NCBI GenBank assembly: GCA_963778655.1
Contig: CAVZVA010000002.1
Coordinates: 512,001-576,000, forward strand
DNA length: 64,000 bases
Origin: an uncultured delta proteobacterium
Lineage (GTDB): Bacteria > Myxococcota_A > Polyangia > Polyangiales > JAFGIB01
Reading direction: 5' to 3'
Both the position numbers and the translations under genes were made by a program. This document shows positions 55,997 to 64,000 of the stretch, in pieces (position 1 is the first letter of the stretch; the number at the start of each line of letters is the position of its first letter). The notes beneath the pieces are model-generated. The model searched no databases. It saw only the letters and a program-made list of their open reading frames with translations, and was not told the DNA's origin.

Positions 55997-57484
55997 ATCC
56001 ACCACGCCGTGCAGGTACCAGCGCCTGCGCGGGCGGTCGTAGTAGAGCCAGAGCAGCTTGCCCTTCTGGGTTTCGACGAAGTAGTAGTCGCGCTCGACCG
56101 CGCCGGGGGCCGCCCACCAGCCCGAGCAGATGCGATGCGGGCCGAGCATGCTGGTGACCGCGCCGTGGCGGCCGAGCCAGGCTTCGGGCTCGTGGCTGGG
56201 CAGCGGCGGCAGGGCGAGCGGCGCCGGATACACGCGCCGCACCAGCGGTGGCTCGCCCGCGGCGGTCGCAGGCTGCGGCAGGCGCAGCGCGCGCGTGGGC
56301 TCGAAGCGAAACGCGGCCTCGGGCAGATGCGCGTCGAGCAGGCGCGCGCAGGTCACGGCCTCTGGGCCGAAGGTCGCGCGCAGCCGGGCGATGGCGCGCG
56401 ACGCTGCCTCGAGATCGCGCGGCTTGTCGCCATGTTGGATCGCGAGCTGGCGCGGGTGCACGCGCAGGGGCTCGATCGTCACCACGATGCGCTCGACCCG
56501 CCCCGCAAACGGCTTCGCGCTGCCGGAGCCCAAGCGCAGCCGTAACAGATCGACGAGCTGCGGCACGTCGAGCGTGGGCGCGGCGGGCTCGATCCGCTCG
56601 CGGCGGGCAGGCAGCTTGCGCTCCAGCTCGAGCTCGATGTCCAGCGCAGCGATCGCGTGCTGCTCCGCGCGCAGGCGCTCGGCCGTCCCGTGCAGCGCGG
56701 CCTTGAGCCCGAACAGCAGCCGCGTGCTGTCATCGTCCGGGGGGTCTACCTCGAGCTCCACACGCAGCGGCGCGACAGGCACCCGTGGCAGCAGCGGTGT
56801 CCAGCTCTTGCCGCTGAGGAAGTCGTGCAGCCGCGCCGCCTCCTGGCCGTAGCGAATGCGCAGCGGACCAGGCTCGAGCGCGAGCAGCGCGCCCACGTCG
56901 TGGATCTCGAGCAGCGCGAGCTCGTCGCGCAGCTTGGGCGAGATACCGAGCCGCTCGAGCGCCACGCGTGCGAACAGCGCGCGCTCGCGCTCGGGGTCGC
57001 GCATCACCAGCGGCCCCGTGCGCGTGCACGCCAGGGCGAAGGCGCACGCGCGCCTGGAAGCCACCACCACCGCCGTCACGTAGCGCTCGGCGCGCAGCTT
57101 GTCGTGCACGCGCTCGGCCCAGCGCTCGAGGTTGCCGAACAGCCCGTCCATGCCCTGCGGGTCGAGCCAGAACAGCCCCGGCTGTGCGAGCACCGGCTCC
57201 ACCGCGGGCGAGAACGCGGTGAGCAGCGCGAACAGCGCGTCGACCGCCGCCTCGAGCGCGTGCTCGGGCACCACCTCGGCGTGGAGCTTGGCGCTCAACG
57301 CCTTGGCCTGGGCGAAGCTCGCGCCGCGGCGAATGCGCTGCTCGCGCGCGGGACGATTGCACCACAGGATCGGCGCCAGCGGGCGGTCGTCCTCGACCAC
57401 CACCACCGGGTCGGCGCTCCACTCCGGGTGCGCGCGCAGCAAAAGCTGCAGCGCCAGCGCCGGCGCATCCACACAGGCGATCAC
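55994..57484 (-). CDS. imuB: ImuB (Y-family polymerase-like)
   Basis: ACVDAP, FSPAVE, LLDAHLPE, GPHRICSGWW, RDYY, LWLYY....WYLHG.VD. Confidence 0.85.
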   Translation of the reverse strand: MIACVDAPALALQLLLRAHPEWSADPVVVVEDDRPLAPILWCNRPAREQRIRRGASFAQAKALSAKLHAEVVPEHALEAAVDALFALLTAFSPAVEPVLAQPGLFWLDPQGMDGLFGNLERWAERVHDKLRAERYVTAVVVASRRACAFALACTRTGPLVMRDPERERALFARVALERLGISPKLRDELALLEIHDVGALLALEPGPLRIRYGQEAARLHDFLSGKSWTPLLPRVPVAPLRVELEVDPPDDDSTRLLFGLKAALHGTAERLRAEQHAIAALDIELELERKLPARRERIEPAAPTLDVPQLVDLLRLRLGSGSAKPFAGRVERIVVTIEPLRVHPRQLAIQHGDKPRDLEAASRAIARLRATFGPEAVTCARLLDAHLPEAAFRFEPTRALRLPQPATAAGEPPLVRRVYPAPLALPPLPSHEPEAWLGRHGAVTSMLGPHRICSGWWAAPGAVERDYYFVETQKGKLLWLYYDRPRRRWYLHGVVD

Positions 57485-58104
57485 AGCAGGCCCCAGGGTC
57501 CTCGCCGGCGCTCCTGCGCGAGCCCGCACAACAGGCCGGACTTGTCCTTGCGCACGGTCGGCTCGATCGCGAACAGCCCGCGCTCGAGGCGAAGGCGGCG
57601 CGGCGCCAGGCACAGGCTGACCAGCGGGCCGAGCGAGGCGCGCGCGCCGGCTTCGTCGCGGCCGTCGCTGAGCAGCAGCACGAAGCTGCCGTGCTCGCGC
57701 GCGAGCCCGAGCAGCCGACCTTGCCAGGCGAGGTCGCGCGGAGGCGGCGCGCCGGTCAGATCGATCACCACCATGCCGAAGCCGCCCGAGCGCAGCAGCA
57801 GCTCGGCGGCCTTGGCCGGCGCGGCCGCGCCGGCGCGCGCAGGCACGTTCACTACCAGCAGCGCGCCGAGATCGACGCCGCTGTCGGCGAGATCGGGCGG
57901 AAAGAGCGAGCCGCCCGCGCGCTGCACCCACGCGCTGGTCTCGCCGCGCGCCTGGGCTCGGCGCAGGCAGGCCACGGCGGTGGTCATCTGCGCGCCCGCG
58001 GGCTCGCCCGCGATCTCGATCAGCCGGCCAGCCGGGAGCTGCTCCGCGAGCGGAACGCTCTGGGGCAAGGGCGGCAGCTTCAACGTCAGGATGGACGCGG
58101 ACAC
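57481..58104 (-). CDS. imuA: ImuA (RecA-like)
   Basis: GRLIEIAG, AWV, FPPDLA.SGVDL..LLVV, LLRSGGFG.VVID; overlaps the imuB start. Confidence 0.85.
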   Translation of the reverse strand: MSASILTLKLPPLPQSVPLAEQLPAGRLIEIAGEPAGAQMTTAVACLRRAQARGETSAWVQRAGGSLFPPDLADSGVDLGALLVVNVPARAGAAAPAKAAELLLRSGGFGMVVIDLTGAPPPRDLAWQGRLLGLAREHGSFVLLLSDGRDEAGARASLGPLVSLCLAPRRLRLERGLFAIEPTVRKDKSGLLCGLAQERRRGPWGLL

Positions 58105-58113
58105 GGGTGGGTC

Positions 58114-58142
58114 AGAATACCTGATCTTATGTTCAGCATCAA
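58114..58142 (-). promoter_or_regulatory. imuAB promoter with LexA box (58121-58136) in the spacer
   Basis: Minus strand TTGATG-N17-TATTCT; CTGATC-TTAT-GTTCAG, one mismatch to CTGAAC-N4-GTTCAG. Confidence 0.75.
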
Positions 58143-58162
58143 CGACTCGAGAACAAATAAAC

Positions 58163-58199
58163 AAACCGGATTGACGGTTTATGAGAACCCGTCTATGTT
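58163..58199 (+). promoter_or_regulatory. Sigma-70 promoter with overlapping palindromic operator upstream of tetR
   Basis: TTGACG-N17-TATGTT; AAACCG-N6-CGGTTT overlaps the -35. Confidence 0.6.
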
Positions 58200-58205
58200 G
58201 CCTTC

Positions 58206-58841
58206 GTGCTCTCCGAACCCACCTCGACCCCACGCCGCACCCAGAAGGAGCGTCGGGACGGCACGCGGCGCCTGCTGCTGACGGCCACGATCGAAGCGCT
58301 GGTCGAGCTCGGCTACCGCGGTGCGACCACGCTCGAGGTCGAGCGCCGCGCCGGCGTCTCGCGCGGCGCCCGGCTGCACCACTTCCCAACCAAGGCCGCA
58401 CTGCTCGCCGCCGCGGTCGACCACCTCTACAACCAGCTGGGTGACCACTACGAGCAGGCGTTCGGACGCTTTCCCGCGGGCGTCTCCGATGCCGAGCGCT
58501 TCCACTCCGGGCTGCGGCTGCTGTGGTCGATCTACAGGCGCCCCGACTACGTGGCCGCGCTCGAGCTGCAGATGGCGTCGCGCACCGACCACGAGCTGCG
58601 CGAGCACCTGCGCGTGGTCGGCGAACGGCACCGCGAGATCGCGGTCGAGGCCGCGCGGCAGCTCTTCCCGGAGCTCAACGGCGACCAGGCCCGGGCCGTG
58701 ATCGAGGCGGTACACGCCTCGCTGGTCGGCCTGCTGATGCAGCTCGGCGTCAACACGCCCGAAGAAGGCGACTTCGTGGCCGAGCTGGTGCTCGGCTCGC
58801 TCGATCAAGTCATGGCCGCCCACCTGGCATCAAAGCGGTAA
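58206..58841 (+). CDS. TetR family transcriptional regulator
   Basis: RRTQKERR..TR..LL, GYRGATT.EV.RRAGVSRGA.LHHFPTK. Confidence 0.92.
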   Translation: MLSEPTSTPRRTQKERRDGTRRLLLTATIEALVELGYRGATTLEVERRAGVSRGARLHHFPTKAALLAAAVDHLYNQLGDHYEQAFGRFPAGVSDAERFHSGLRLLWSIYRRPDYVAALELQMASRTDHELREHLRVVGERHREIAVEAARQLFPELNGDQARAVIEAVHASLVGLLMQLGVNTPEEGDFVAELVLGSLDQVMAAHLASKR

Positions 58842-58858
58842 CCGAGGAGCACGCGATC

Positions 58859-60037
58859 ATGGTCAAATTCGTAGATGGACCGCCCGCGAACGTGGTGACC
58901 TGGAGCGACTCCGACGACATCGCCGGTCGCCTTTCGCCCGCCGACGTGGAGCAAGTCGCCGAGATCTTCCACACGCCGCTCACCGGCTCCTACGTGTGGA
59001 GCTACCAAGAAGCGGACAAGAAGCTGCGCAAGCTCTACCGCCTGGGCAAGGAGCGCAACTGGAACGCGGACCTCGACATCGACTGGAACCGCACCCATCC
59101 GCGCAGCGCCTCGCCCATGATCGAAGGCGGCGAGAACCCCTACGCGAGCTGGGATTCGTTCCTCGCGCTCGACGAGGAGGAGAGAAACGAGTTCGCCTGG
59201 CACAACCACGCCTGGACCATGTCGCAGTTCCTGCACGGCGAGCAGGGCGCGCTGTTGGTGGCCTCGCAGCTGGTGAGCTGCGCGCCGACCTATGACGGCA
59301 AGCTCTACGCGGCCTCGCAGACCTTCGACGAGGCGCGCCACGTCGAGGTATTCGGGCGCTATCTGCACGAGAAGGTCGGCATCGTCTACCCGGTCAACCG
59401 CCACCTCAAGGCGCTGCTCGACAAGATCCTCACCGACCCGCGCTGGGACCTGAAGTTCATCGGCATGCAGCTGATCATCGAGTCGCTGGCGCTGGCAGCG
59501 TTCCACGTGCAGAAGGCGATGGCGGCCGACCCGCTGCTGGTCGACATCCTCGAGCTGGTGACGCGCGATGAGGCGCGCCACGTCGCATTCGGCGTCGCCT
59601 ACATGGAACAGTTCGTGAAGTCGCTGAGCGCTCCGGAGATCGAGGATCGCGCGCAATTCGCGGTCGAGGCCTGCCGCGTGATGCGCGAGCGCATCGTGCC
59701 CAGCGACGTGTTCGAGCACTACGGCTTCGACCCCGGCGAAGGCCGGCGGCTGTTTCTAGCCGCCGGACAGATGGACTCGTTCCGCAATCTGCTGTTCACC
59801 CGCATCATGCCGAACCTGAACAAGGTGGGTCTGTTGACCGAGTCGGTTCGCCCCGCCTACGAGGAGCTCGGGCTGATGCAGTTCGCCGGGTTGCCGGGCG
59901 ACGCCGAGATCGACTGGGCCGAGCTCAGCAAGCCGTTGCCCGACTACGCGCAGCGCGCCCCGACCAGCGGCTTCTTCGCCCCGCAGACCTCGGCCGTCGC
60001 AAGCGAGCCCCCGGCACGCGCCGCCAACGATCGCTGA
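58859..60037 (+). CDS. Ferritin-like di-iron protein (AurF-like)
   Basis: SQFLHGEQGA, DEARH, IIESLA, DEARH; GAGGAG RBS. Confidence 0.85.
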   Translation: MVKFVDGPPANVVTWSDSDDIAGRLSPADVEQVAEIFHTPLTGSYVWSYQEADKKLRKLYRLGKERNWNADLDIDWNRTHPRSASPMIEGGENPYASWDSFLALDEEERNEFAWHNHAWTMSQFLHGEQGALLVASQLVSCAPTYDGKLYAASQTFDEARHVEVFGRYLHEKVGIVYPVNRHLKALLDKILTDPRWDLKFIGMQLIIESLALAAFHVQKAMAADPLLVDILELVTRDEARHVAFGVAYMEQFVKSLSAPEIEDRAQFAVEACRVMRERIVPSDVFEHYGFDPGEGRRLFLAAGQMDSFRNLLFTRIMPNLNKVGLLTESVRPAYEELGLMQFAGLPGDAEIDWAELSKPLPDYAQRAPTSGFFAPQTSAVASEPPARAANDR

Positions 60038-60087
60038 CGCCTCGGCCCTGCCAAGCTCGGCGGCGCTCGATTCGACGAGCCGCCGTC

Positions 60088-60256
60088 CTAGCAGGCTGCG
60101 GAAGAACCCGCTCAAGGCGCCTTTCGAGCGATCTGGGCCCGGCTGCGGCGTTGCGAGCCCTCGAAATACGGCGAGTATTCCATCGGTCTCGCGCCTTGCA
60201 TCCGGACCCACCTCACTCGAGATGCACTCCCTCGGAGTTCTTCCGCAGCCTGCTAG
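60088..60256. mobile_element. MITE-like element (family B core) with perfect 20-bp terminal IRs including CTAG ends
   Basis: CTAGCAGGCTGCGGAAGAAC / GTTCTTCCGCAGCCTGCTAG. Confidence 0.78.
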
Positions 60257-60540
60257 GCCGTGCGGCACGGCGACTGGGTGCACATCCGTGACGGCATGAT
60301 CGAGCGCCACGTGCGCGCGCGCATGGCTGCAACGCCAGGTGGGGCGGCGTCGGACAACCACGCCCGCGTCCTTACCGCAGGCGACCGCTGCGCGCCTGCC
60401 TGCATTGAAAGCGTTGTTTGCGCCGCGCGCCCTCGTTACAATTTTCGTGCTTGTCTTCGCGTCCCATGATGATGGCGCGCTCGCTCGAGCGCTCTGCTGG
60501 ACGAGAAGCCTCCACCACTCTTCGTCCCGGAGATCTGCTG

Positions 60541-62304
<1,764 letters not shown>

Positions 62305-64000
62305 ATGACGTCGCGTAGCGTCGCAATCGACAGCCCGGGCCGCAGCACGCAGGCGGCGCGCCGACAGGCGCGGCCGCGGCCGGCGGCCACGACCTCGGTG
62401 CTCGCGATCCTCGCCGCGCTCGCCGCCGCCGGCTGCTCGAGCGGCAAGCCCGCCGCGCCGCCGCCGCCGGTGGCTGTGCAGGCCTCCGCGCTGGTCTCCA
62501 GCGTGACCGATGTATACGAGACGGGCGTCGACGCCGCGCACCAGCAGCTCGCCAGCAGCACCGCCGGGACCACGGTGAACGACCCGCACTACACCGTCGT
62601 CGCCACCAACGACCCCAACCGCACCGGCTCGGTGCCGCGCGCCGCGGTGGTGACGGGCGTCGGCGGCGGCTGGGCCTCACCCGGCTATTCGCGCTGGATC
62701 TCGCTCGACTACGCCGAGTGCAACACCTCGATCGGAGGGGTGCCGATCTGCGGCAACCATTACTACGACTACAGCACCACCTTCACCATCCCGAGCGGCG
62801 CCGACCTGACCACGGCCTCGCTGGTGACGCTGCTGACTTTCGACGACGACCTGGCCATCTACCTCAACGGCACCCAGGTGATCAGCGCCACCGCCGCCGC
62901 GACCGGTAGCCCCTGGGCGTACTTCCACTACTTCTCGATCGGTCCGGCCAACGCCAACTTCGCGATCGGCACCAACACCCTCACCTACCGCATCACCAAC
63001 TCAGGCGGCGGCATCACCGGCATCGACGTCAACCGCGTCTCGGTCAAGTACGGCAGCTGCAGCCAGGACAGCGAGTGCGGGCCGGACCGCTATTGCGACA
63101 CCGCGAACAGCCGCTGCACGCCCAAGCTGGCCAACGGCGCCGGCCTGCCCACGGTCGCGGGGCACAGCCCGACCCTCAACGGCAGCTGCTCGAGCGCGGT
63201 CGCGCTCGCGGTCTGCATGAGCGGCCTGTGCAGCACCTTGACCTCCGCCTGCGTGGCCTGCAACAGCGACTCCGGCAGCGGACTCCCTCCGCGCTGCAAC
63301 GCCGCCGAGCCGATCTGTTTCGACTACTCGAGCGCCGCGCGCTCACAGCGGCCGCAGGACACCTGCGGATGTCTGAGCGACTCCGACTGCGCGTCGACCG
63401 ACTGGTGCAGCAGCGGCAGCTGCACACCCAAGCTGGCCAACGGCACGGCCATGCCCGCTCAATCCGGGCACAGCCCGACGCTCGACGGCAGCTGCTCGAG
63501 CAACAGCTCGAGCGCGGCGGTCGCGGTCTGCAGCAGCGGGGTGTGCGACACCACCAGCAACCAGTGCGGCATCGACCTGGGCGACGGCAGCTGCAGCTCC
63601 GACGCCCAGTGCACCAGCGGCCTGTGCATCGCATCCGGCGCCAACGCCGGCAAGTGCGAGCCGTGCCGCGACGACGCGCAGTGCGGCGGGAGCACGCCCG
63701 CGTGCAACACCACCAGCAACCAATGCGTGGAGTGCACCGCCAGCAACGCCGCGCGCTGCAGCGGCACCACGCCTCTGTGCGATACCACGGCCAGTGCCTG
63801 CGCCGGCTGCAACGGCAACGACGGATCCGGGGCGACGCTGCCGTGTTCGGGCTCGGCGCCGTATTGCGCCGACGACGGCTCCTGCAGCACCCAGTGCCAG
63901 CGCGACAGCGACTGCGGCACCGGCAACTGGTGCAATGCGGGCAGCTGCAGCGCGAAGCTGGCCAACGGCACCGCCCTGCCTACGGTCGCCGGCCACTCGC
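62305..64000 (+). CDS. TraA-like lipoprotein: jelly-roll/lectin-like domain plus Cys-rich repeats (3' end outside window)
   Basis: GGAGG RBS and ATG at 62305, LAAAGC lipobox, WI...YSTTF..DDDLAIYLNG..GTNTL, three KLANG..P..GHS repeats. Confidence 0.7.
   Translation, partial: MTSRSVAIDSPGRSTQAARRQARPRPAATTSVLAILAALAAAGCSSGKPAAPPPPVAVQASALVSSVTDVYETGVDAAHQQLASSTAGTTVNDPHYTVVATNDPNRTGSVPRAAVVTGVGGGWASPGYSRWISLDYAECNTSIGGVPICGNHYYDYSTTFTIPSGADLTTASLVTLLTFDDDLAIYLNGTQVISATAAATGSPWAYFHYFSIGPANANFAIGTNTLTYRITNSGGGITGIDVNRVSVKYGSCSQDSECGPDRYCDTANSRCTPKLANGAGLPTVAGHSPTLNGSCSSAVALAVCMSGLCSTLTSACVACNSDSGSGLPPRCNAAEPICFDYSSAARSQRPQDTCGCLSDSDCASTDWCSSGSCTPKLANGTAMPAQSGHSPTLDGSCSSNSSSAAVAVCSSGVCDTTSNQCGIDLGDGSCSSDAQCTSGLCIASGANAGKCEPCRDDAQCGGSTPACNTTSNQCVECTASNAARCSGTTPLCDTTASACAGCNGNDGSGATLPCSGSAPYCADDGSCSTQCQRDSDCGTGNWCNAGSCSAKLANGTALPTVAGHS

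Overview
GC-rich chromosomal window, almost certainly from a myxobacterium (Polyangiales/Sandaracinaceae-like, judged from Ser/Thr kinase-PEGA genes, an AgmX/GltJ-type C-terminal domain, Cys-rich CDGxDNDCDG lipoproteins and Myxococcus-type LexA boxes). It holds about 50 mostly housekeeping or accessory CDSs. I saw no rRNA, tRNA, CRISPR array, transposase or prophage. Highlights: (1) a circularly permuted ATP-grasp ligase fused to an M32 carboxypeptidase; (2) a three-gene operon encoding an HhH protein, a pentapeptide-repeat/bactofilin-like fusion and a bactofilin, preceded by a DnaA-box pair; (3) small MITE-like elements with unrelated terminal inverted repeats, two of which share an 84-nt core with compensatory base changes, and a third sharing its apical hairpin; (4) a 120-bp palindromic element inserted in frame in dnaE2 between 8-bp direct repeats; (5) a split imuAB / dnaE2 mutasome, each part with its own LexA-box promoter; (6) a TraB-like OmpA gene that reads without a stop into a TraA-like Cys-rich lipoprotein; (7) a beta-propeller di-heme cytochrome coupled to an MsrQ-like gene with no MsrP nearby; (8) a dispersed REP-like palindrome family. 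All product calls come from motif recognition by eye; no searches were run.
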